A stretch of 63,398 bases of DNA, the filler included, from Octopus bimaculoides (lineage: Eukaryota), in assembly GCF_001194135.2 (NCBI RefSeq). It is 6 parts of 5 records of this genome, joined end to end, with 100 filler letters (N's around TTAATTAATTAA, not from the genome) between each part and the next. Parts side by side here need not be neighbours in the genome. Positions count along the whole stretch, not along the records: positions 25,404 to 42,736 come from NC_069005.1; positions 42,837 to 45,097 come from NC_069004.1; positions 45,198 to 60,991 come from NC_068989.1; 3 more parts are not named here. One strand, 5' to 3'. The notes below the pieces were generated by a model. That model was not told the origin of the DNA, ran no database searches, and was given only the letters and a program-made list of their open reading frames with translations. A program made the translations under genes and the position numbers. Below are positions 38,181 to 49,052 of the stretch, in pieces. Numbering within the stretch: the first letter of the stretch is position 1; each line of letters opens with the position of its first letter.

Positions 38181-39454
38181 AAAAGGAATTACCTCCAACA
38201 CACTGTCATAGAAGTTCTCAACAAAGATGCACATTGTGCCCCAGGTCAAAGGACTGACAGACAAAGAATAGTTGTTAGAAATGGTTGAAACCCATCTGTT
38301 TGGGTCATTCATTCATGGTTTGTGTTCACTGCTATGGTGAGCATGATGAGGACAAGAATGCAAGCAGTGGTAAGGACTAGATAGTAAACACCAAATGATT
38401 TACCAAATAAAATGTCTGCTTTTTTTGTTTGCCTGCCTTAGGAATTTTCCATTTCTTTTTCATTTGTCCAATACATGAAATTGTCTGTCTGTAAGATTAG
38501 AATGTCTTCTGAGAAACAAAAACTCACAATAAATAATTATTAAACTAATAAGAAATAAAATGAAATACTTGGGGTAAATCACACCCCACTGCAATGACGA
38601 TGTTTTAATATTCAACAGCACTAATGGAGGGTTAAGAATATGCTAACACCACCGAATAACTTGTATCTCAAGATGCTTCTGGAGAAAGTTGAAGATCTCA
38701 CAAGACAAATGAGATGGAAGGCCTTGTTTTTTCATGTTCTGCTATCTCCTACTGCCAAAGAGCATTAAAGCTATGTAAGTACCGCCACCCAGGATAAAAG
38801 CAAACTTCCTGAATTTAATAGTTATTGCCAAGCCAACATGGCAGTCCAAAAAATAGGACGAATAATAATATCTCTATTCCTGAATTTAGTTTCCAAATTA
38901 AGATTCGATAACCCTTTTCAAGCCAAACTAAATCTGATACTAGAAGCTTTAGAAGCTCTAAAAACAAGATCATGTTTTCTGATAAGACTAATAATTATTA
39001 TGAAGCCACCAATGACCTATATAATAAGTTACTGAATGACACCATTTCCACAAAATATAAGAAACTTAACGCTTTAATAATGAGGCAAAATTCTTATCTA
39101 AACATGGCAAAATTGCTGACAGATTAGCAACACGGGGAAGCTTTCATTGCTCTAAAAGTTCACAAACCTAATTTCACTTATAAGCCAACATGTAGATTTT
39201 TAAACCCAGTGAGAACTGAAATTGGTTTAGTATTAAAAAAAACAAACTAAGAAATATAAATATCAGAATAAGGAAGACTGTTAAGCTACAGTAATGGGTT
39301 AATATAACACTATAACAGATTGGTTTAAAAATTCAATGGATAAGCATAGGGCTAGATCTACAGTTTGACATTGTAGATTTTTATCCCTCTATATTGAGAT
39401 TATTGTCCAATAAGGCGCTTAATTTCACAAAAAAACATATGCTAATTTCTTTAT

Positions 39455-39632
39455 TGCCCACAAGGGGATAAACATAGAGGGGACAAACAAGAACAGACAA
39501 AGGGATTAAGTCGATTACATCGACCCCAGTGCGTAACTGGTACTTAATTTATCGACCCCGAAAGGATGAAAGGCAAAGTCGACCTCGGCGTAATTTCGCC
39601 TGACATGCTAACGTTTCTGCTAGCTTGCCACC
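39455..39632 (-). mobile_element. Young SINE family B inserted in the Penelope relic
   Basis: Near-consensus core with CpGs retained and an internal deletion. Confidence 0.8.
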
Positions 39633-39943
39633 CTAATATAGACCACATAGACATAGACTTTATAATGTGTGTGAGAAAAATCCTTCAATTTAGTAAGGAC
39701 TCAGCATGAGCTAAAAAATCCAATACAGATGAATTGTCCAATGTATCAATGGGATTGTATGAGTATGGACATGTGATCTTGTAGGTTTCTTTATATTAAA
39801 TACACTGACATCCAAGTTCTCATCCCATGATATTGGCCTATACTAGGACGATGGTTTGAGAATATCTCATGATTGTGATGGTCACACTCCTGATAAATTT
39901 ATGAAAAGAACTCATCAATACCTTTAGTCGATTGTCCAATATT

Positions 39944-40275
39944 TACATTATTTACATTTGACAGATATTTGTCCTCATCTTAATTCTTTAGATTTATAAG
40001 CACTAAAATTCACTCCTTAATTGCCCATGGGCATATGGGGCATAGAGGTTAAGAGTGCATGCTATTAACTCCAAGATTCTGAGTTTGATTCCAAACAGTG
40101 ACCTGAATAATAATAATAATAACATCGAAAAATATCTTAGGAATGAGAACCCAAGTTCTTGATGAAGGATGGAAGGTATATCAGCTGAAACGTGTTAACA
40201 ACAAACAAGATGAGGACAAATATCCATCAAATGTAAATAATGTACATAATTCCTCATCTCTTAAATATAGAACTG
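39944..40275 (+). mobile_element. Insertion with 38-bp inverted repeats, a tRNA-like A/B-box segment and a degenerate hammerhead motif (Penelope pLTR-like)
   Basis: Inverted repeats at 39944-39981 and 40207-40244. A-box-like 40036-40048, B-box-like GAGTTTGATTCC 40081-40092. TTGATGA..GGATG/CAGCT..GAAACG at 40159-40192. Confidence 0.55.
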
Positions 40276-40963
40276 TAATCTGTCCAAAGTTAATTTTTTG
40301 GATGTTTCCTTGGATCTAAACTCCTGCTTTTATAAACCTTACCATAAACCAGGAATACAAGACTTTTAATAGATGCTCAATAAAAATATCATACAGCTGC
40401 TGCCCCAATATAAAGAACATACTATTCATAAGCCCCACTGAGAGCCCTCTCCCCACTGTAACAGTCAAGAACTTGAAGCTTGCCCACTTGACCAGTCACA
40501 CAAATGCTTCAGCATAAAGTAACCGAAGAGAAAAATTATATCAGTTTATGTGAAGGCAATTCTAAAAGATGTTATGTAAACCACCAGTCTTTTTTCTGGC
40601 ACTTTGACAAAAATAAAGTTGGCTAGTCACATAGTGGTTTGAAGACAACTGCACACCACATGCATTCAAGAGGAGATTTGTAGAAAACTCTATGACATAT
40701 GTGAATGGATCTAAGAAATGTAACTTATGCATAGCTGAAAGATTGCATGTTCTTTTTAGAATCAAGAATTCAACCACTTAATTCCAGATACAAAATTTAT
40801 ACTTATGAGAAATACAAGCATCATGATAAAGAATGTGAGTCTAGTTAGGTATAAACTAAAACTATGGCAACTATATATATATTTATATATATATATATAT
40901 CAAATATACGGATAAATGAAAAAAAAAAGGCACCAACACATTTAGTAGGAATTACGCATATTA

Positions 40964-41142
40964 TTTAAAACAGCTTGATTTGGATCCATGCTACTTTAAG
41001 TTTTTCAGGTTCCTAATGGGCTCTAGACTCCTTCAGGCTTTTGGAATGTTGAACTTGGCATTCCAAAAGCCTGAACGAATCGGGCCCCATTAAGGGCCTG
41101 CAAAACCTGAAGTAGCATAGAACCAACTCAAACTGCTTTAAA
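40964..41142. repeat. Imperfect palindrome with arms of about 85 bp
   Basis: tttaaaacagcttgatttggatccatgctac...caggcttttggaatg versus cattccaaaagcctg...gtagcatagaaccaactcaaactgctttaaa. Confidence 0.8.
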
Positions 41143-41183
41143 TTTTATATATATATATGTGTGTGTGTATGTGTGTGTGTGTG

Positions 41184-41334
41184 TGTATAAGGGATGACCA
41201 CTAGGTGGACATCCAATATGCTAGAAAGAGGTCATCAACGACCCAACCACAAAGAAAAATAATGTTTGTGGCTGGGTCGTTGATGACCTCTTTCTAGCAT
41301 ATTAGATGTCCACCTAGTGGTCATCCCTTATACA
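41184..41334. repeat. Near-perfect palindrome: 70-bp arms, 11-nt loop, 2 mismatches
   Basis: 41184-41253 is the reverse complement of 41265-41334 except at two transition sites. Loop gaaaaataatg. Confidence 0.95.
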
Positions 41335-41433
41335 TGTGTAGTACAATTTTTTCTGAATTTTCAGATTTTTTTATATGCTAGGCCACTTGGTTTTAAATTG
41401 AATTAATATTCAATTTATCACCCTATCTATATA

Positions 41434-41502
<69 letters not shown>

Positions 41503-41742
41503 GATAATAATATTTGAGATAAAAATCCAAATTTACAGGTAAAAACTCAATTAAATTCAATTTATCAAAAATTAAAATTAAATTAAGTTTCACAGTATAT
41601 AATATATAAATATATATATATATAGTGTTGTATAAATTTGTAAAAGAATGGTAACATTGTAGATTTTAGAACAAAATATTTTAATTCTATAAAAGATTAC
41701 ACAAAAATTATGTAAATCTGAAAATATTGAAACAATTCTCAC

Positions 41743-41796
41743 CTGATATAGGGTAGGAAGACATCTACATCTCCTTTGATGACACCAATGATATAC
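41743..41796 (-). CDS. DRAM/TMEM150-family gene, recovered exon 1 of 5 (54 nt, phase 2-2); not the first coding exon
   Basis: ttgtatattctAG|G TAT...ATC AG|GTGAGA gives YIIGVIKGDVDVFLPYI(S), the family hallmark LPYIS. Confidence 0.92.
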
Positions 41797-42349
41797 CTAG
41801 AATATACAAATAAATTTTGAAGATAGCAGCAATTGAATTTCATATGTTTAGAAAGTGAGACAATGGCTGAATATAACAGATATCAGATGATATATGAAGG
41901 GAAAACTGGATATATGGTATGACCGACTAATGAGTAAGTAGTGTGTGCTAACAGTGGAAGGTGTCAGTGGTAGAAAAGAAAAAAAGGTAAGGAAAAGAAG
42001 GAAAAATATGGAGAATTCACTGCCCAGTCAAAATTTTGGGCATCACAGATGCCAGTCATGCCTATCATTATTGGTTTGGATTGCTCCTGTGCAATCCATG
42101 GCAGTAATTATTTACACTATTTCAACAATCATATATATGTTGCATTACAATTTCATTCACTGCATAATTCATTATTTGCACATAGTTTAACATTGTTGCT
42201 TGGTCTTTGAATGCCTTTAAGAAACATTTCTTTGTTGTCAATGTTTGAGATAGGTCTCTGGGTCTGAAGGTAACTTTCACCCTTTCCTTACACGAATCTC
42301 AGAGGCTGCGAAAAGACTCATGGGTGTTGCTCTTTATCCTCTGACTAAG

Positions 42350-42736
42350 CATCATCATCGTTTAACGTCCACTTTCCATGCTGGCATGGGTTGGACGATT
42401 TGACAGAGGACTGGCAAGCCAGAAGGCTGCACCAGGCTCCAATCTGATTTGGCAGAGTTTCGACAGCTGGACGCCCTTCCTAACGCCAACCACTCCGAGA
42501 GTGTAGAGGGTTCTTTTACGTGCCACCGGCACGAGGGCCAGTCACACGGTACTGGCAACAGCCATGCTCAAAATGGTGTTTTTTACGTGCCACCTGCACA
42601 GGAGCCAGTCCAGCGGCACTGGCAATGACCTCGCTCGAATGATTTTCTAACGTGCCACCAGAACAAGTGCTAGAAGGTGACACTGGTAATGATTACGCTC
42701 AAATGGTGCTATTTACGGGCCATTAGCATGGAAGCC
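42350..42736 (-). mobile_element. Repeat family D, cut by a scaffold spacer
   Basis: catcatcatcgtttaacgtccactttccatgctggcatggg...ccaggctccaatctgatttggcagagtttc, with internal short tandem units. Confidence 0.8.
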
Positions 42737-42836
42737 NNNNNNNNNNNNNNNNNNNNNNNNNNNNNNNNNNNNNNNNNNNNTTAATTAATTAANNNNNNNN
42801 NNNNNNNNNNNNNNNNNNNNNNNNNNNNNNNNNNNN

Positions 42837-43031
42837 AGTAGTTTTATTTTTATAACGTGCTTTCACTTCACTACCGAGCGCAGCTCTGTGCGCCTTGGGT
42901 ATGTGCTGTGGTTTGCTGTGGTGCTCTTATGGTTACTGTATTGAAAGTGTTTTGCGTAGGATGTGTGCAGTACCCAGTAGTGCAATTTTCTGTATGTTAT
43001 ATATATTTGTAAGTCCTGCTATTTTTGTTAT

Positions 43032-43036
<5 letters not shown>
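42837..43036 (-). mobile_element. 5'-truncated R4/Dong-type LINE 3' end
   Basis: 4 differences over about 200 bp versus 11710-11910. The truncation point runs into (TTA)n at 43037. Confidence 0.85.
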
Positions 43037-43063
<27 letters not shown>

Positions 43064-43489
43064 GTTGTTGTTGTTGTTGTTGTTGATGCTGTTGTTTTTA
43101 AAAAAATTTCGGAAGTGTCAGTGCCCAAAGATATCAATGGCAATCCCCACCCCAACCAACCGCCCACTCCTACATGTAAGAAAGATACCATCATCGCCAC
43201 CACCTCCACGCCAAATACACAGCAGCGTAATTCTTACGAGGAAGCAAGCTCTAAAACGTCTTTGTGAAAAGAATGATAAAAACAAAAGCAGAAAACAAAA
43301 ACGGAGTATACAACACGTCTGCAGTAGCGTAAATAATATGTCGGCCTTAAATGAAATGTGCCAGTTGTAAGCTCCTGACACACAAACATCTTTATTCTGT
43401 TACTTATTTGAGTCACTTGACTGTGGCCATGCTGGAGCACCACCTTATTCTTTGTAAGCCTAGTATCTAGTCTATAGGTCTTAGCCAGC

Positions 43490-43790
43490 GAAAAATTGCC
43501 CAAAATCTTCAAATCCCTCTTGTTACTTTTAATAGAATTATAGTGCAATTTACAAGCCAAGGAAAAGAATCAACAGATTCTCGGCCCGGCCGACCTGAGC
43601 CTTCGGAAAGGAAGTTTCGCTGTTTGAAGAAACTTGTGGAAAACGAACCCCGTTCGAAGGCTTCTGACATTGCAAAACAGCTAGGAGTTAGTCCAAGAAC
43701 GTGTGTTACATATCTGCATAAGCTTTGGTATTATAGACGAGCAGTTAGAAGAAAACCTCTCCTTCAACCAATTAATATCAAATAAAAGAT
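43490..43790 (+). mobile_element. Tc1 transposase fragment (DNA-binding HTH domains)
   Basis: IAQNLQIPLVTFNRIIVQFTSQGKESTDSRPGRP...ASDIAKQLGVSPRTCVTYLHKLWYYRRAVRRKPLL. Confidence 0.8.
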
Positions 43791-44361
43791 TTTGAAAATT
43801 AAAAGTGTCTATTTACTTCCTGCATGGCTGTGTATATGCATACAAACATACACACATACGCGCACGCAAACACACACGTGTGAATGATGAAATTCTCTTG
43901 GAGGTTAGAAATACAGTCGAATTCAATGCGAATTTGTTTTTTGTTTTTTCAATATTTTATTAAAATTGCTATTTTCTTTTTCTTTTCAATTGTTAACAAA
44001 CTCCAAATTATTCATTCGGAGAAGATATGCAAATAAAGAGAAAAAACGAAAATTCGCTTCTTTAAGACCAAAGTTCAGTTCCAAATCCCAAACCAATTTT
44101 CTTACACTTTTATTTCTGTGGAAAAAATCACTTTCTCTCTCTCTTTCTCTCTCTCATTCATTCTCTCTCTCTCTCATTCTTTCTCTCTTTCTCTCTCTCT
44201 CTCAGTGTATATATATATATATATATTGTCGTGAATTGCTCGAAATGTGGAGTAGATAAACAGCCGACAACAGATGAAGGGTCGTTCTTTATGTTACTTG
44301 TCTTGTTTTGCATTTTTTTCTCTCGTTGTTCGTATACCCAGGTTTGCCTTTGTATTTCATG

Positions 44362-44408
<47 letters not shown>

Positions 44409-44742
44409 GTTGTTGTTTATATTGTTATTATTCTAGTTGTTATTAAATTGACGTCAATAGAACGCGTTGTTAAAATTTCTCGCAATACATTAACGTCTAA
44501 GTTAAGATGAGATTAATGAGCGCATCCATTTAATCTTTACAGGTTTGTCTAACGTGACATCGTCGAATATCACAGATTTAACAGCGTTCACTTTGCTAAA
44601 ACGTTCTCCATGTTTATGCCACCACAGACTAATAAAGGAATCTCGGAATAACTGCTCGACACGCTGGAAGTAGCAGTTAGAAATATCTCTGATATAACTC
44701 TAGGATGTCAATAAGCCTGAATATTTGAATGAGAGTGTCAAT

Positions 44743-44821
<79 letters not shown>

Positions 44822-45279
44822 GTGTGTAATGATGTGTGTGGGAGAAAGATACAGAAGTGGTGGTGGAAAATTGGAGCTGGCGTATGTTTGCAGGCATGTA
44901 TATGTGAATATGTCCCCTCGACGTGTTCAGGGATGCTTGATGCATGAAACAAAGTGGAGAAAAGCCATAAAATGAAGGAAGTCAATACACCTGAACATTC
45001 TTTTCTGCTCTAGGCATAAGGCCCAAAATTTGAGGGGAAGGGGGCCAGTCGATTACATCGACCCCATTGCGCAACTGGTATTTAATTTATCGACCCCNNN
45101 NNNNNNNNNNNNNNNNNNNNNNNNNNNNNNNNNNNNNNNNNTTAATTAATTAANNNNNNNNNNNNNNNNNNNNNNNNNNNNNNNNNNNNNNNNNNNNACA
45201 AAAGAACGAAAGAGACCTCGATATTATGTAAATAGAGGAATTTATCTGTAAAAATATGTGACAATTATTCGGTAGCCAT

Positions 45280-45340
45280 GATAAAACTCCGAGTTTCGGA
45301 TGCCGGGGTGGGAGCCTACGCCAACATCTCTTCAGTTATC
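45280..45340 (-). ncRNA. Type I hammerhead ribozyme (probably Penelope/retrozyme-associated)
   Basis: Minus strand: GATAA-CTGAAGA-GATGTTGG[14 nt]CCGGCATC-C-GAAA-CTC-G-GAG-T-T-TTATC. Core intact, stem I 5 bp and extendable, stem II 8 bp with one extra C, short stem III, GUU site. Confidence 0.75.
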
Positions 45341-45735
45341 CGGCCATTGAAAATTCCAGGAATGTGTGTATGTATGTATGTATGTATGTATGTATGTATG
45401 TATGTATGCATTCGTGTATATGTATGTATTGGTATATAGGACTAGTAGAACAGAACTTGATCACAATATAACGGACACAGGTTTCTGGATAGAAGAAACT
45501 GAATTGGATGCTAAAAATTCAGGTGCTGGCACAATAATGCGCCAGCTCCAGCGTTCGATCCTCAGAAAAGGAGATGCTGGTTAAAAAAAGAAAGAAGTCA
45601 AACTCGGTAGCTTCAATGACGTTTACGTGCCTGTGAATGATGGATAATGAGCGAAAGAGCACTATCGCGAATACAAGCGGCCGAAATGATGACACGGGCT
45701 TCTTTGTGCATGTGTATTTGATTGCGTATGTGTGT

Positions 45736-45774
<39 letters not shown>

Positions 45775-45890
45775 CATGTGTGTGTGTGTATGTGTCAGTG
45801 TGTATTGACATCAAGAGAGATGTTGTGCATTTACGTTTGCATGTATAAGAACATGACGCCCACATTTGCTTGAACCAGCTTGCAGATCTA

Positions 45891-45931
<41 letters not shown>

Positions 45932-46060
45932 TGTGTGTGTGTATGTGTGTATGTGTGTATGTGTGTGTGCGTGAAGGAAGTAGCAAGAACGCTAACAACA
46001 GCCACAACGACAACCAACAGCAACAACAACAGCTGCTACTACTACTACTACCACTACTAT

Positions 46061-46114
<54 letters not shown>

Positions 46115-47075
46115 CATTGCTACCACTGCTGCTGCTGCCGCTGCTGCTGCTGCTGCTGTTACGGTAATCCAGTAAGATCAACCGCAATATCAACAACGCA
46201 GCTATATGATCTTCAAGAATAATTTACATAAGAGCAGCAACGGCTACGAAGACTCTAAAGAGCAACAACAACAATAACATTAACAAAAAAGCAATAAAGG
46301 AAACAACAATATCAACATTACCCGAAACGCAGTTCTAGGAACTTCAAGCATACAGTTAACGCAATTGCTCTGCAAAAACAGAAAACTATAAAAAGCGATT
46401 TAATTTGTCTCATTCGACACAGGAGAATATTGCGGCTCAGGTCTTTCGGTGAAAGAGAATTATCTTAAAACGAGAAGAAAGCAACCAGGGTTTTCTAAGT
46501 GATTTGTGAAAAGATATCGTTGTGTCTATCTCTCGTTTTCCTTCTCTACTCCTCTACTCCCTTCTTTTCTCTCTCCCCCTCTTCCTTCCTCACTTTGCAT
46601 ATGTATGTGTATGTAGGTATGTAGGTATGTATATGTATATATANNNNNNNNNNNNNNNNNNNNNNNNNNNNNNNNNNNNNNNNNNNNNNNNNNNNNNNNN
46701 NNNNNNNNNNNNNNNNNNNNNNNNNNNNNNNNNNNNNNNNNNNNNNNNNNNNNNNNNNNNNNNNNNNNNNNNNNNNNNNNNNNNNNNNNNNNNNNNNNNN
46801 NNNNNNNNNNNNNNNNNNNNNNNNNNNNNNNNNNNNNNNNNNNNNNNNNNNNNNNNNNNNNNNNNNNNNNNNNNNNNNNNNNNNNNNNNNNNNNNNNNNN
46901 NNNNNNNNNNNNNNNNNNNNNNNNNNNNNNNNNNNNNNNNNNNNNNNNNNNNNNNNNNNNNNNNNNNNNNNNNNNNNNNNNNNNNNNNNNNNNNNNNNNN
47001 NNNNNNNNNNNNNNNNNNNNNNNNNNNNNNNNNNNNNNNNNNNNNNNNNNNNNNNNNNNNNNNNNNNNNNNNNNN

Positions 47076-47112
<37 letters not shown>

Positions 47113-47312
47113 TTTATATCTATCCGTGTTTCTTTTAGACTTTATAACGTTTTGTCTATATGACATACACACACACAAACACTCACACACAGAGAAACAC
47201 ACACACACACATACATACACACATACATACATACATACATACATACGCTTGCTTACGTACATACATTCATATACATATCACATACATATAGATACGCATA
47301 TATATATGTATG

Positions 47313-47344
<32 letters not shown>

Positions 47345-47394
47345 CACATATATATATATATAAAAATATATATATATATGTATATGTATGCATA

Positions 47395-47426
<32 letters not shown>

Positions 47427-47507
47427 AGTATGTATGTCTATTGCATATGTGAGGTATAGCTGCCTATATCGACGTAGACTTGTAACTTCACAGAGAATTC
47501 ATAACTG

Positions 47508-47550
<43 letters not shown>

Positions 47551-48055
47551 ACAATACACTCATACACTTATACACACACACACACACACACACGCATAGT
47601 TCCAGTACCCGATTCCCATCGTCTCACACCAAACTCTCTTCATCTAATAATCCTACTCTCCTTGGATCACCACTAAACGAGCACCTACTTCAACTCTATG
47701 CCTCCTACCTCCGTCACATTCTCACCAATCTCTCTCTCTCTCCCTCTCACCCTCACTCCCCCCCTCTCTCTCTCTCTCTCTATTTGTCTGTTTATCACTC
47801 GCCTTCATTGTAGCTATAGCATTGTATTGTTTTGTAATATATCTTCCCCGATCGCCGTTCTGACCCACTCCTTTCTCCTCTCTGTTTTTTATCGGTCCGA
47901 CGAAAAGTTTTCCAGTGTTTTCAAAGGGCAGAACGGATAACTTAAGCTTTTTCCATCTTCTTACGCTATCTTTGTGTATCGAACTTCTGTCTTTACATAA
48001 TAGTAATATGTTATTTGTGATTGCAGATCAAAGTATAACAAGAACAAGAACAACA

Positions 48056-48093
<38 letters not shown>

Positions 48094-48226
48094 CACTACC
48101 ATGTTGCTGCTGCCGCTATTACTGCTGTTCGTACTGCCTCTACTACTACTGCTACTTGTAACGCTGCTGCCGTAACAGCTAATACTGCAGCAGCTACTAC
48201 AGTTAATATTACTAGTACCGCTATTA

Positions 48227-48788
48227 TTACCTCCGCCTTCGCTAAGGCGGAGGTAATGTTTTCAGTCGCGTTTGTTTGCTTGTCTGTCCGTGGACAAGAT
48301 ATCTTAAGAACCGCTGGATGGATTCGGATGAAACTTTCAGGGATGTTTGGCATCGTGACTGGCACGAAGTGATTAGATTTTGGGATCAATCTGGTATCGG
48401 ATAAGGATTCTGGATTATTTGTTATATTTATTTTATTTTACATGATTACGATCTTACGTTAACTTTCAAGTCTTTCTATTTTGAATGGTGAATGTGTTAC
48501 CTTTCGCTTGTATTAGATAAGGATAAACTATTTATTAATGTTACTAAATTTTCTGCAGCCACCTTCACATTCCATGACTATCATTGGGATCGATCAGAAA
48601 CCGGACAAAGATTTGGGATTATTTTTACGGTTTTTTTCTTACTTAATTTTTGAGAGTTGTCGGGTTTATTTTTAATATTCTCGTTTGTGAGAGCAGATAT
48701 TCTCATTTCAAAAATCATCGTTGGCTAATCGTTGAGAGGACGTTGGTGTTGCCTTGGCGGTGGTTTGCGCTCTCTGAGTGCTCTTGTT
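48227..48788 (+). mobile_element. Helentron-associated non-autonomous element (HINE/DINE-1-like)
   Basis: 5' perfect hairpin ttacctccgcctt-cgct-aaggcggaggtaa, then a gtttg/gtctgtcc microsatellite-like block, and a 3' sub-terminal inverted copy gccttggcggtggt...gcgctctctgagtgct. Confidence 0.65.
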
Positions 48789-48827
48789 AATACTATTACT
48801 AGTACTGTTATTATTAGTAGCGTTGAA

Positions 48828-49052
48828 GACGGCGAGCTGGCAGAAACGTTAGCACGCCGGGCGAAATGCTTAGCGGTATTTCGTCTGCCGCTACGTTCAG
48901 AGTTCAAATTCCGCCGAGGTCGACTTTGCCTTTCATCCTTTCGGAGTCGATTAAATAAGTACTATTTACGCACTGGGGTCGATATAATCGACTTAATCCC
49001 TTTGTCTGTCCTTGTTTGTCCCCTTTGTGTGTAGCCCCTTGTGGGCAATAAA
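48828..49052 (+). mobile_element. Young SINE family B
   Basis: Near-consensus with all CpGs retained. 3' gggcaataaagaaat tail. Confidence 0.85.

Larger units (their letters stand above)
38620..40830 (+). mobile_element. Dead Penelope-like retroelement (RT + GIY-YIG)
   Basis: Motifs: LLEKVEDLTRQMRWKALFF, AFIALKVHKPNF (39140), QFDIVDFYPSI (39361), IGLY*DDGL (39832), VNFLDVSLDL (40289), YISLCEG (about 40537), CNLCIAE (40719). Interrupted by two insertions. Confidence 0.85.

Noticed and set aside
43174-43330. First coding exon candidates (GIFLT|GTAGGA; LELASS|GTAAGA)
   Set aside because: The first has the wrong phase for the 41796 exon, and the second lacks a TM1-like sequence.
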